Part shown: in pieces, positions 11,166 through 22,936 of the stretch
Position numbering within the stretch: position 1 is the stretch's first letter
Layout: each line of letters begins with the position of its first letter
From: Octopus bimaculoides
Lineage: Eukaryota
Length of the DNA stretch: 32,483 nt
NCBI RefSeq assembly: GCF_001194135.2
Contig: NC_068982.1
Coordinates: 120,897,676 to 120,930,158 of the forward strand
Reading direction: 5' to 3'
Made by a program: the position numbers and the translations under genes
The notes under the pieces: generated by a model
What the model was told of the DNA's origin: nothing
Database searches by the model: none
The model's input: the letters and a program-made list of their open reading frames with translations, nothing else

Positions 11166-11310
11166 ATATATATATGAGGGGTTTAGTTCAGTGGTGATCT
11201 AAACGAATATGTCGCTTAATGCTATAATTGGTCATCCGATAGGTTCCAATTTCACAGCTAAGGCTGGCGCTAGGGGCCCGTATTAGGCTTCCGTGTTAGC
11301 AGGTATATAT

Positions 11311-11516
11311 TTATTTCTTTACTGCCCACAGGGGGCTAAACATAGAGGAGACAAACAAGTACAAAGAGATTAAGTCGATTACATCGACCCCAGTGCGTAA
11401 CTGGTACTTATTTAATCGACTCCCAAAGGATGAAAGGCAAAGTCAATCTCGGCAGAATTTGAACTCAGAACGTAACGGCAGACGAAATACCACTAAGCAT
11501 TTCGCCCGGCATGCCC
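11311..11516 (-). mobile_element. Family A1 SINE, head truncated
   Basis: Near-identical to 1361-1592; flanks share tgttagca (11294-11301, 11517-11524). Confidence 0.9.
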
Positions 11517-11619
11517 TGTTAGCAAAATATATATTAGAGAAAAAAGAAAACAAAAACCAAGGCAGGACGAGTATCTCAAGTCATTTATAATAATTTGATT
11601 AAGGTAAGGTGAACGTGAA

Positions 11620-11695
11620 GTCTTACAGCTGTTTCTGGGATATCTCAAGTGATAGGCTAGCATGTCCGTACACTGGGTATCCCATCATCAGAGAC
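11620..11695 (-). ncRNA. Minimal type-I hammerhead ribozyme, intact core
   Basis: Minus: gtct-CTGATGA-tgggata[35 nt]tatccca-GAAAC-agct-GTA-agac; stem I 4 bp, stem II 7 bp, palindromic ACAGCTGT stem III; predicted cleavage between 11624 and 11623. Confidence 0.8.
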
Positions 11696-12220
11696 AAGAT
11701 GAGTATTATGAATGTTCTAGACAGGGAAATCCACAGTTTATAAGGAATAAAGTAGAAGAATAAAGAGTAAAAGTAGATAGAGGAATACAGACAGGAGAAT
11801 AAAGTTCACAGTTCATCTTCNNNNNNNNNNAGATAGAGGAATACAGACAGGAGAATAAAGTTCACAGTTCATCTTCTTCCAGATGCTATGGAGGCTGGTC
11901 CGTACTTCCGTGAAGGTAAAGGCCCTTAGGTATAATCCCAGGTAAATCCAGGCAGTATTTTGAATGATGCGTTCACGCTGAAGTAATGGACGCATCATTC
12001 AAAATACTCCCAGAATACTATCTGGATTTACCTGGGATTTACCTAAGGGCCTTTACCTTCACGGAAGTAAGGACCAACCTCCATAGACTCTGAAAGAAGA
12101 TGAACTGTGAACTTTATTCTCCTGACTGTATTCCTCTATCTACTTTTACTCTTTATTCTTCTACTTTATTCCTTATAAACTGTGGATTTCCCTGTCTAGA
12201 ACTTTCATCCATACTCACTT

Positions 12221-12296
12221 GTCTCTGATGACAGAATACCCAGTGTACGGACATGCTAGCCTATCACTTGAGATATCCCAGAAACAGTTGTAAGAC
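12221..12296 (+). ncRNA. Hammerhead ribozyme copy with disrupted stem II
   Basis: gtct-CTGATGA-cagaata[...]tatccca-GAAAC-agtt-GTA-agac; core intact but three stem-II mismatches near the junction and palindrome broken (agtt). Confidence 0.65.
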
Positions 12297-12548
12297 TTCA
12301 AATTCACCTTGCCCTAATCAAATTATTATATACGACTTGAGATACTCGTCGTGCCTTGGTTTTTGTTGTCCCTTACCTCTAACATATATATACTGACATG
12401 TATGTATATACATGAGTGAGTGCATACATGCGTGCATATGTGTGTGGTGTTTGTGTGGGAGTGTGAGTATCTGTATTTGTGCATGTACATATGTAAATAT
12501 CTTAATATCTCTGTACATCTGAGTATATACATGTGACCATGTATGCGT

Positions 12549-12556
12549 TTACTGCT

Positions 12557-12601
<45 letters not shown>

Positions 12602-14107
12602 NNNNNNNNNNNNNNNNNNNNNNNNNNNNNNNNNNNNNNNNNNNNNNNNNNNNNNNNNNNNNNNNNNNNNNNNNNNNNNNNNNNNNNNNNNNNNNNNNNN
12701 NNNNNNNNNNNNNNNNAGAAGAAGAAGCGGTTCTGATTGTGGTGGTCATGTTGGAGATATTTAACTCCAGATCACAGTTTATCTTGACCAATGATCATCA
12801 GTGTTCTAACCATGACCGTCCTGTCTAAAGTTCAAACAGCTGTGATCATCCAGAGATTTTGCTTCTGTTTTTCTTTTTCCTTTTATATTTGTCAGAAAAC
12901 GTGTCACACTATTTATGAAGACGGTGCAATGCTATATGAAGGACATCTGGCGGATATTTCTGTCTTTCAGCGGTCACGTAGGGGATTCCATGTTGATTTG
13001 TGTATCAATGTTCTTTGTGTATGTATATGTGTGTATCAATGCGCGTGCGTTTATGCAGTGTATGTGTGCGGATGTTTGGATGTGGTGGACGTGTGCTTGC
13101 AATGTGTGTGTGTATACGTACGTGCGTGTTTCTGTGCATGCACGTGTTTATGTCTATGCATGAGTGGATGTGAGAGCGTGTACTAGTGTGTGTATGAGCT
13201 TGTGGGGCTGTATGTATTTGCATGTATGTGTATGTGTTTGCATTAGTGTTTATACATTTGCGTGTATGTATGTGCGTNNNNNNNNNNNNNNNNNNNNNNN
13301 NNNNNNNNNNNNNNNNNNNNNNNNNNNNNNNNNNNNNNNNNNNNNNNNNNNNNNNNNNNNNNNNNNNNNNNNNNNNNNNNNNNNNNNNNNNNNNNNNNNN
13401 NNNNNNNNNNNNNNNNNNNNNNNNNNNNNNNNNNNNNNNNNNNNNNNNNNNNNNNNNNNNNNNNNNNNNNNNNNNNNNNNNNNNNNNNNNNNNNNNNNNN
13501 NNNNNNNNNNNNNNNNNNNNNNNNNNNNNNNNNNNNNNNNNNNNNNNNNNNNNNNNNNNNNNNNNNNNNNNNNNNNNNNNNNNNNNNNNNNNNNNNNNNN
13601 NNNNNNNNNNNNNNNNNNNNNNNNNNNNNNNNNNNNNNNNNNNNNNNNNNNNNNNNNNNNNNNNNNNNNNNNNNNNNNNNNNNNNNNNNNNNNNNNNNNN
13701 NNNNNNNNNNNNNNNNNNNNNNNNNNNNNNNNNNNNNNNNNNNNNNNNNNNNNNNNNNNNNNNNNNNNNNNNNNNNNNNNNNNNNNNNNNNNNNNNNNNN
13801 NNNNNNNNNNNNNNNNNNNNNNNNNNNNNNNNNNNNNNNNNNNNNNNNNNNNNNNNNNNNNNNNNNNNNNNNNNNNNNNNNNNNNNNNNNNNNNNNNNNN
13901 NNNNNNNNNNNNNNNNNNNNNNNNNNNNNNNNNNNNNNNNNNNNNNNNNNNNNNNNNNNNNNNNNNNNNNNNNNNNNNNNNNNNNNNNNNNNNNNNNNNN
14001 NNNNNNNNNNNNNNNNNNNNNNNNNNNNNNNNNNNNNNNNNNNNNNNNNNNNNNNNNNNNNNNNNNNNNNNNNNNNNNNNNNNNNNNNNNNNNNNNNNNN
14101 NNNNNNA
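12549..14107. other. Microsatellite-bounded assembly gaps (12602-12715, 13278-14107) with TG-rich low-complexity sequence between
   Basis: N-runs flanked by (TG)n and (GAA)n. Confidence 0.95.
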
Positions 14108-14232
14108 AGAAGAAGAAGAAGAAGAAGAAGAAGAAGAAGAAGAAGAAGAAGAAGAAGAGAAAGAAGAAAAATAAGAGAAAGAAGAAGAAGAAGAAGAAGA
14201 AGAAGAAGAAGAAGAAGAAGAAGAAGAAGAAA
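14108..14232. repeat. (GAA)n microsatellite
   Basis: Directly visible; source of poly-E/K/R ORF tails. Confidence 0.97.
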
Positions 14233-14864
14233 AAGCGGTTCTGATTGTGGTGGTCATGTTGGAGATATTTAACTCCAGATCACAGTTTATCTTGACCAAT
14301 GATCATCAGTGTTCCAACCATGACCGTCCTGTCTAAAGTTCAAACATAGTATACTACCTAACCTTACATCATCCAGTATGTCCTTTTCCCCTTTTTTGTT
14401 TTTATTTTAAAGTCGCAAAGTGTGTTTTAAAAGTGATTTGGCTGCTGTTTCTTTGAAGTTATTCTTCAATAGGAATGCTAAAGTGAATTAAATGTGCAAC
14501 TAATGAGGATCACGTGCAAGACTGTTGCACACGTGTGCAGAACCAACGAAATGCCGGTGCCTCGTGTTACACGATAGCGTTACATGCAATAACGAATCTG
14601 GACAACAGCGACAACATCGACGACGACAACAAGGATGACAGTAATGATGGCCACAAGATTCGCCATTAAGAATACCAATAAAAATAACAAGAATAATAAA
14701 ACACGGCATCACAGGTTTAGGTGGGGGTGAGTTATTGATGAAATTGATTCCTGCGACATTGTAATTTATTGACCTCGGTAGGATGAAGGACAAAAGGGAC
14801 CTTGACGAGAATTGAATCGCAGCTATAAAGAACGATAGAATTAACAACTTTTACAATAGCTACG

Positions 14865-15252
14865 GTGGAGGCGCAATGGCCCAGTGGTTAGGGCAGCGGA
14901 CTCGCGGTCATAGGATCGCGGTTTCGATTCCCAGACCGGGCGTTGTGAGTGTTTATTGAGCGAAAACACCTAAAAGCTCCACGAGGCTCCGGCAGGGGAT
15001 GGTAGCGAACCCTGCTGTACTCTTTCACCACAACTTTCTCTCTCTTACTTCCTGTTTCTGTTGTGTCTGTAATTCAAAGGGTCAGCCTTGTCACACTGTG
15101 TCACGCTGGATATCCCCTGAGAACTACGTTAAGAGTACACGTGTCTGTGGAGTGCTCAGCCACTTGCACGTTAATTTCACGAGCAGGCTGTTCCGTCGAT
15201 CGGATCAACTGGAACCCTCGACGTCGTAAGCGACGGAGTGCCAACAACAACA
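14865..15252 (+). mobile_element. Full-length tRNA-derived SINE with (AAC)n tail
   Basis: Head ggcgcaatggcccagtggttaggg (A-box) ... ggtttcgattccc (B-box); tail gccaacaacaacaac; perfect 12-bp TSD acaatagctacg (14853-14864, 15253-15264). Confidence 0.93.
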
Positions 15253-15464
15253 ACAATAGCTACGACAATGGATACTATAGTCAGAAATATGGGGGTTTAT
15301 GGATCGAATCTAGATCTTTAGTTCGAATACCTACTTGATGGTAAACTTTGCCGGGTCATAGCTGGTTTGACACTACAGAAACAACAAGAATAAAAACAAC
15401 AACAACAAAAATAAAACAATATCGAAAAGAAAACATCAGTAGCAATAACACAATTCGAAGGGGT

Positions 15465-15655
15465 CTATAGCCGGTCACTCGGTTTGCTAGAAATAGCAGC
15501 TAAATCTCTCTTGAATCATAATTTCACCCCTTAAAAAGAAGAAATAGATATTGCATAATAAAGGTAATGATATGTATAATTAAAAATACAGGATGGTCAC
15601 GGCTGATGTGCCCTTCAGATCCAGTTCGTTCAGAGTTGACCTTAATCTAAACAAC
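15465..15655 (+). mobile_element. Family C dispersed repeat
   Basis: ctagaaatagcagctaaatctctc...ggatggtcacggctg...gttgaccttaatctaaacaacaac. Confidence 0.6.
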
Positions 15656-16068
15656 AACTGCAAAAATAAACTGCAGCAACATCAACAAGACCTGCAACCA
15701 CAGCAACATCATCATCATCATCATTATCAGCATCACCAACAATAGCAAAGCAACAATTAACTGTAGGCTGTGTCAAATACAGTCACCAAAACAACGTCGC
15801 CATAACAATATGAACAACATCAACAACCGTTGTTATTATCAGCACCGGTGTCAAAACATCGGTGTCATAGCAACTGCAGTCAGCAGAATAAATACAAGGT
15901 AGGCAATAACAATACGGCCCGATCATCATCATCATCATCACTGTCACTGTTAACATCGCCAACAAGCCAACGATCAAAACCTGTAGGAGGCCACAAAATT
16001 TGCCAGAAATAGCAACCCTATCAGCTTATGAGAAAGTAGGGTCACAATGGACGGTGTAGTCCTAGATA

Positions 16069-16472
16069 CCTATTCTTTTCTACTCTAGGTACAAGGCCTG
16101 AAATTTTCGGGAAGGGGGGGCCAGTCGATTAGATCGACCCCAGTACACAACTGGTACTTAATTTATCGACCCCGAAAGGACGAAAGGCAAAGTCGACCTC
16201 AGCGGAATTTGAACTCAGAATGAAAGACAGACGAAATACCTATTTCGTTATTGCCCACAAGGGGCTAAACATAGGGGGGACAAACAAAAACAGACAAAGG
16301 TATTAAGTCGATGACATCGACACCAGTGCGTAAATGGTACTTAATTTATCGACCCCGAAAGGATGAAAGGGAAAGTCGACCACGGCGGAATTCGAACTCA
16401 GAACGTAACGGCAGACGAAATACCGCTAAGCATTTCGCCCGGCGTGCTAACGTTTCTGCCAGTTCGCCGCCC
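16069..16472 (-). mobile_element. Dimeric family A SINE (A1 ~16231-16472 plus more deeply truncated A2 unit)
   Basis: Whole dimer flanked by perfect 12-bp TSD tagtcctagata (16057-16068, 16473-16484); minus-strand junction aaata|ggtatttcgtc. Confidence 0.92.
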
Positions 16473-17079
16473 TAGTCCTAGATATATATATATTATAGAA
16501 GACAAGATCGACACAGACATGACAACAAGTACTGGGTCAGTTTTGCCGCCAATGCATCTGACTGTACACCTGGACTACATAGACCAATGTATTGGACAGG
16601 TGTGCATCATACTATCTCTGACATTTAGTTTCGGTTTTGAACTTGTAATCAAGGCAAACACTAATATACGCCTCACACTGACCGATAGAAATTATATCCA
16701 TCCACTCATCGGCCAGGACTTCTTTCAGTTCATCTTTCAAAAAGGTATAAAAAGTCCTGCCTTCCTTCACAAGGGTGGGGTTTTTCATTTTTTTACCTTG
16801 TCCACTCTTGGGCAAATTCCTTGAGCAAGATGACGTACTCCTTTGTGACCCATCACTGCCAAACTTTTTTCTCTAACCAGACAATGTCTGTTGCCAAGAT
16901 TTCTTTATTGGAAGCGATATCGACAAAGCTGTGTGCACAAACCCGTAGGCTGGTGTTGTAGTTGTTGTTGCAAATTCGAACTCAGAACATAAAGACAGAC
17001 AAAATGCCACTTAGCGTTTTGCACGGCATGCTAATGATTCTGCCAACTCAACGCCCTATATTTGTCCCTTTAATATTAG

Positions 17080-17298
17080 TTTCAATTTTTGGCAGCACAG
17101 GGCCAGCGATTTCTGAGGAAGGGCTAAGTCAATTAAATCAACCCCAGTGTCCAACTGGTACTTATTTGATAAACCCCTAAAGGATGAAAGTACAAAGTCG
17201 ACACCAGCGGCATTTGAACTCAAAACATAAAGACGGACGAAATGCCACTAAGCGTTTTGCCCGGCGTGCTAACGATTCTGCCAAATCGCCGCCTAGAC
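17080..17298 (-). mobile_element. Family A3 SINE (a further head-only fragment lies at ~16975-17056)
   Basis: Canonical body; 18-bp TSD ttgtccctttaMtattag (17062-17079, 17299-17316). Confidence 0.92.
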
Positions 17299-17654
17299 TT
17301 GTCCCTTTACTATTAGAAGCTCCAGGTATAGTTTGCCCTCGAATAAAGAATATGAGATTTTAACTTCTTCCTTCTCTAACTATTCTACTAATCTCAGCCG
17401 CAGTAGGAAGCGGTGTGAAAACTGGATGAATTGCTTATCAAGAAATTTAGCCCACACTGGTCCCTCTGCTGACTTGGCCTATTACCAAACACTTTTACGA
17501 AGGTTTCAGTTTGATAGAGTCGGGTGTCAAATGACTAACCTAAGGATCAATAGTTCGCCCCCCATCATTAAAACAACAGCTGTGTTACGTCGAAGGTCAA
17601 GACAACATTTGGCACCGGTTTAGTGGTGTAAAGACAAAAGTTTTACTGCTGTTT

Positions 17655-17661
17655 AGATAGA

Positions 17662-17693
<32 letters not shown>

Positions 17694-17754
17694 TAGATAT
17701 GGATGTATGTATGGGTGTGTGTGTACGTATGCATTATGTATGTATGTATGTATG

Positions 17755-17819
<65 letters not shown>

Positions 17820-17987
17820 GTATATATATGTATATATGTATATATATATATAGGTATATATATACATATATAGACATATATATGTCTATATATGTATACA
17901 TGTGTATAGATATATGCATATACATTGTATATATATGTGTATGTATACATATGTATATATATATGTATGTTTCTATGTGTGTGTATG

Positions 17988-18038
<51 letters not shown>

Positions 18039-18098
18039 NNNNNNNNNNTATATATATACGTTTATATCTATCTATCTATATATATATATATATATATA
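17655..18098. repeat. Compound (TAGA)n/(TATG)n/(TA)n microsatellite with 11-N gap
   Basis: Directly visible. Confidence 0.97.
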
Positions 18099-18766
18099 GA
18101 ATGGTGAATTAACTTAGAAGTTATAACAACCGTCTAAGGGATATTTGTATCCAAATGAATAAAATGGTGTATTACCTCTATTTGATCATTTATATTTGAT
18201 CATTACTTACAATGATTATTATTATTATTATCATTATTGTGGCGGTTAACAGAAACGGCTGTAAGTTGAGATTCTGTCTTTTTATGATTAATTAATAAAT
18301 AATAATTGGTGAAAATCAATTGCCATTCATCAATTTTATCCCCATTTTCTGTTTTCCTTATATATATATATATATTTGATACAGCGTCGCCAGAAGCGAA
18401 ACTAAGTGGAGACTCAACTTTTGACACAACAAACATATTTAACCACTCTACAGAACGTTCTCTGTCAATGTTTTGGTTGAACTCCCTCCTTCACCAAAAG
18501 CCAATTGCATAAGAACGGCCATTGTAAAGGTGATTGCACTGGCGATGTCCCAGCATGGCCACAGCCTTTGGGCGGAAACGTATGAAGAATAAAAGAATAA
18601 AGGGTAAAAGAATAGTTTAAAACTCTTATATTACATTGTCTGCTTCTATGCCTTTGTAAAGAGCATTTTACATACGCACACATATAATTCTCTTTAGAAG
18701 ATCAAAATCACCATATCTCATTTGAACGCATACACACATACACGTATGAATATACATACACGTTTA

Positions 18767-19000
18767 TCATCTATTTATTGCCCACAAGGGGCTAAACATG
18801 GAGGGGACAAACAAGGACAGACAAAGGGATTAAGTCGATTACATCGATCCCAGTGCGTAACTGGTACTTAATTTATCGACCCTGAAAGGATGAAAGGTAA
18901 AGTCGACCTCGGCGGAATTTGAACTCAGAACGTAACGGCAGACGAAATACCGCTAAGCATTTCGCCCGGCGTGCTAACATTTCTGCCAACTCGCCGCCTT
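18767..19000 (-). mobile_element. Family A1 SINE monomer
   Basis: Complete body; TSD tacatacaYgttta (18753-18766, 19001-19014). Confidence 0.92.
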
Positions 19001-19379
19001 TACATACATGTTTAGGCACACACGTATACACACGCAAACACACACATATATGCATACACATTCACATACCTATGCTACTCTACATCCTCCGTACAAAAAG
19101 GGATCCTGATCATTATTGCTGAAACTGCTAGAAATCGCAGCCAAATACGCTCCACACACCAACTAATTCACGTCTGTTTTAAAAAAAAAAAAACGTGAGG
19201 ACATATTAGATAATATTGTTGATACACTTTACGTGAAAACAAGACGGGACAGTCATGGGTAGAATACCAGTCTGTTTGATCAAGACAAAATACCACACTC
19301 ATGCATATCTGACACTGCATACACGACACGGCGGTGACATGCACATATAGTCGCAGGAATATACTTACGGAGAAGCGAA

Positions 19380-19688
19380 CATACACACACACACACACAC
19401 AAACGCACGCACACAAACGACATATATGTATATATATATATATATATTGTATATATATTGTATATACATGGATATGCATTTATGAATGTAAGTATGCATG
19501 TATGTATCTGTGTATGTGCGTGTTTATATATATGTACGTACGCATATATGCAATCTATATGTATATAAATTAGATATATATATGTATTATATGTATGCCT
19601 GTATGTATATACATACATATATATATGTGTGTGTGTGTTTATACACACACACACACACATGTAGGTGTGTATGTATGTATGTATCGGC

Positions 19689-19736
<48 letters not shown>
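19380..19736. repeat. (CA)n/(TA)n/(TAGA)n microsatellite cluster
   Basis: Directly visible. Confidence 0.95.
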
Positions 19737-19744
19737 GTGAAATA

Positions 19745-20105
19745 AGCAGATCGCGATCAGAATTTTCTTACATGTGTTTTCGGCTGTTTATCCATCGAAC
19801 TGTGGATTCTGACTCATTGAATTGTCATATATGATCTGGGTATTCAACAGACACGTGTATCCTTGGCGTAAGGGAATTTCATAGACACGTGTACCCTTAA
19901 TGGAATTCTCAGCTGGAATCAACGTGACTCGTTTGACAAGGCTTGCACACCTTGTTTGAACTGCGTGTACAAAGTACCCAACGGGTATTAACAGTTTCCT
20001 TCAACTCATTTAACCTCACACTGCGTGGGTCGATCCGAAACTGTAGGAAAATAAAACTTAGCTTAGATACAGTGATATGGGATCGAACCGGTGATCTCAA
20101 CATTG
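19745..20105 (-). mobile_element. Degenerate tRNA-derived SINE related to 14865-15252
   Basis: Minus strand ggttcgatccc B-box near 20085 and gccttgtca...gagaattccattaagggtacacgtgtct matching 15085-15148; tail module appears twice. Confidence 0.65.
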
Positions 20106-20109
20106 ATTC

Positions 20110-20295
20110 TTTTATTTGTTAATTGTTTCTGTTGCTGGACTGCGGGCATGCTGTCTAATGAATCGACCCCGGTACGTCTTCTTTTTAAGTCTTGTAATCT
20201 TTTGCCGAACAGCAAAGTTACCGGGGCGTAAACATACTAACACCGGTTATCAAACGGTAGTGGAAACAAACAGAGACACAAAATCACACACATTC

Positions 20296-20331
<36 letters not shown>

Positions 20332-21020
20332 NNNNNNNNNNNNNNNNNNNNNNNNNNNNNNNNNNNNNNNNNNNNNNNNNNNNNNNNNNNNNNNNNNNNN
20401 NNNNNNNNNNNNNNNNNNNNNNNNNNNNNNNNNNNNNNNNNNNNNNNNNNNNNNNNNNNNNNNNNNNNNNNNNNNNNNNNNNNNNNNNNNNNNNNNNNNN
20501 NNNNNNNNNNNNNNNNNNNNNNNNNNNNNNNNNNNNNNNNNNNNNNNNNNNNNNNNNNNNNNNNNNNNNNNNNNNNNNNNNNNNNNNNNNNNNNNNNNNN
20601 NNNNNNNNNNNNNNNNNNNNNNNNNNNNNNNNNNNNNNNNNNNNNNNNNNNNNNNNNNNNNNNNNNNNNNNNNNNNNNNNNNNNNNNNNNNNNNNNNNNN
20701 NNNNNNNNNNNNNNNNNNNNNNNNNNNNNNNNNNNNNNNNNNNNNNNNNNNNNNNNNNNNNNNNNNNNNNNNNNNNNNNNNNNNNNNNNNNNNNNNNNNN
20801 NNNNNNNNNNNNNNNNNNNNNNNNNNNNNNNNNNNNNNNNNNNNNNNNNNNNNNNNNNNNNNNNNNNNNNNNNNNNNNNNNNNNNNNNNNNNNNNNNNNN
20901 NNNNNNNNNNNNNNNNNTTCAATACAGCTTCCGTCCACCAATGTCGACTTGAAGTTATTGTAGAAGACACTTGCCCAAGGTGCGTGCAGTGTGACCGAGC
21001 CCAAAACCACTTGGTAGCAA
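20110..21020 (-). mobile_element. Family B SINE with internal (TA)n expansion spanning the 20332-20918 gap
   Basis: Head side (cttgggcaagtgtcttcta...gacggaagctg) right of the gap, body and tail (tgtttacgccccggtaact...gttcggcaaaaga...ggggtcgattc...cagcatgcccgcagtc) left of it, same strand and expected order. Confidence 0.7.
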
Positions 21021-21079
21021 ATTGTGCGTCTACAGTGTGTGTGTGTATAAGTGTGTGTGTGTGTGTGTGTGTGAGTAGG

Positions 21080-21420
21080 CACTGTTTAGTCGAGTGTTTA
21101 AAAAGTTCGTTTCGTCGTTACGCAACCTCGAGGTCACGGGTTCGAGCCCACTGCATGACGTGAAGGGCAGATGTTATTTTCTGTAGCTTTTCTGTTCGAC
21201 TCATACCTTGTGAGGAATTGTAGGTAAAAGGAAACTGTGGAGAAGCCACCCGATTGAACTGTACAAATTAATTTTTAAAAATACACTCTCGTCAAACGCA
21301 ACTATGTCACGCTACCTGAGAATTATGTTAAGGGCAAACGTTTCTGTGGAGTACTCGTCACACGTTCATACACTTGATCAAATAACTGAATCCCAGTCGT
21401 CGAACGACGGAAATCCACCA
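21080..21420 (+). mobile_element. Chimeric tRNA-derived SINE (family B-like head, tail like 14865-15252)
   Basis: gggttcgagcccactgc B-box, ccttgtgagg...ggaaactgtggagaagcc, then ttatgttaagggcaaacgtttctgtggagtactc...gtcgtcgaacgacgga. Confidence 0.65.
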
Positions 21421-21557
21421 TCGCACACATACACGCACACATGCACAACTGATTTCTTTTTTTTTTTTTTTTACTCAAACACATACGCACAAAATGCATT
21501 ACAAAACAACAATAAACACACATGCTCATATCTACGAATGCACACAAACACGTAATA

Positions 21558-22012
21558 TCAGTTTCAAATTTTGGGAGAAGGCCAGCAATTCCGAGGGAAT
21601 GGTTAAGTCGATTACATCGACCCCTCACCCCGCCCCCACTGATGGATTGGTATTTATTTTATCGACCCCGAAAGATAAAAGGCAAAGTAGACCTCAATGG
21701 AATTTGATCTCAGAACGTAAGGACGGACGTTATGTCACGAAGCATTTTGCCTGGCGTGCTAACGTCTCTGCCAGTTTGACGCCTTACACAATTAATATTG
21801 GTCTCAAATTTTGGCTCGAGGCCAGCAAGTTTGGGGGAGGGAATAAGTTGATTACATCGACCCCAGTGCATAACTGGTACTTATTTTATCGACCCCGAAA
21901 GGATGAGATGCATAGTCGACCCCGCGCAGCATTTGAACTCTGAAAGTAAAGTCGGAAGAACTGTCGCTAAACATTTTGTCCGGCGTGGTAACGATTCTGA
22001 CAGCTCGCCGCC
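21558..22012 (-). mobile_element. Two tandem family A3 SINEs (~21558-21785, ~21795-22012)
   Basis: Both show tail tcaaattttgg..aggccagca, core atcgaccccgaaag and head ctgccag.t.g.cgcc. Confidence 0.9.
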
Positions 22013-22159
22013 TTACACAGATATGTAATATGATACATATTTCAACATACACAGTCTCCACAATGATATAATCATGCAGACACGAACAACACAATGTAAT
22101 ATAAACAAACACACCCGCACATGCAACCCAATTATGTATATCCTGTTCATGTAACATAT

Positions 22160-22196
<37 letters not shown>

Positions 22197-22905
22197 CACA
22201 CACATACACACACACATACACACAGACATACACACATACACATGCACACACATACACACACACATACACACAGACATACACACACATACACACACACACA
22301 TACACACATATACACATACACACACACATACTTCCTATATGCACACATTAAGATACACAATATTATCTCTTAGCCAAATACTCTGTGAAGTATCAAGGCA
22401 TAAAGCATATTGGCCCTAGCCCGGGACCCACACGTCTAAGCCCCTAATGTTAATCTATGTATGTTGCAGACGTTTATGAAGGACCCCAGTGCATTGCTTT
22501 GTTAGAGTAGCTATAATGCCCTTGGGACGGCCCTGCAGACACACACGCACAATCACACATACACACACGCACACACGCACACACACATACATACATATAC
22601 ACACACATGCATACACACACGCACAAACACACACATGCACACACGCATACATGCACACTCGCACATGCACACACACATACACACGTGCACTCACGCACAC
22701 ATACACACACGCGCGCGCGCAAACATAAAACGCTCCCACATAACATCCCTGTACAACATTACCACACGAACACACACACACACACACAAACACGCACATG
22801 CATACACACATACAAACAAACAAGCACGCACGCGCATACACACACATACCACAATACCATTAAGGCATGGTGTATACTCACCATAAAACAATATCGTACA
22901 GACAT

Positions 22906-22936
<31 letters not shown>

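Larger units (their letters stand above)
11527..12391. mobile_element. Palindromic (fold-back) non-autonomous element, ~400-bp arms, 11-nt loop, hammerhead motif in each arm; PLE-derived
   Basis: 11527-11975 is the reverse complement of 11987-12391 (roughly 90-95% by eye); loop cgctgaagtaa 11976-11986; ends in atatat runs; includes a 10-N gap with a 46-bp assembly overlap. Confidence 0.85.

Noticed and set aside
11775-11876. 46-bp direct repeat around the 10-N gap
   Set aside because: Identical overlap across a scaffold gap, absent from the opposite palindrome arm: assembly artefact
11880-11975. Minus-strand peptide YCLDLPGIIPKGL resembling PLE ORF N-termini
   Set aside because: Short, frameshifted and upstream of the ribozyme rather than downstream; not enough to call coding
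12716-14347. ~125-bp near-identical duplication (12716-12838 vs 14222-14347)
   Set aside because: Both copies start after (GAA)n next to gaps and differ by about one base; probably allelic or mis-scaffolded contig ends of a family C repeat
14868-14945. tRNA-like sequence
   Set aside because: SINE head: continues into SINE body and tail, bounded by a TSD, no clean acceptor stem
12533-21082. Long ORFs of 228-349 aa in the track (13164-14299, 20116-21082 etc.)
   Set aside because: Composed of N-runs and microsatellite edges
22400-22537. cagggccgtc hAT-like terminus on the minus strand
   Set aside because: No clear matching second TIR or TSD found
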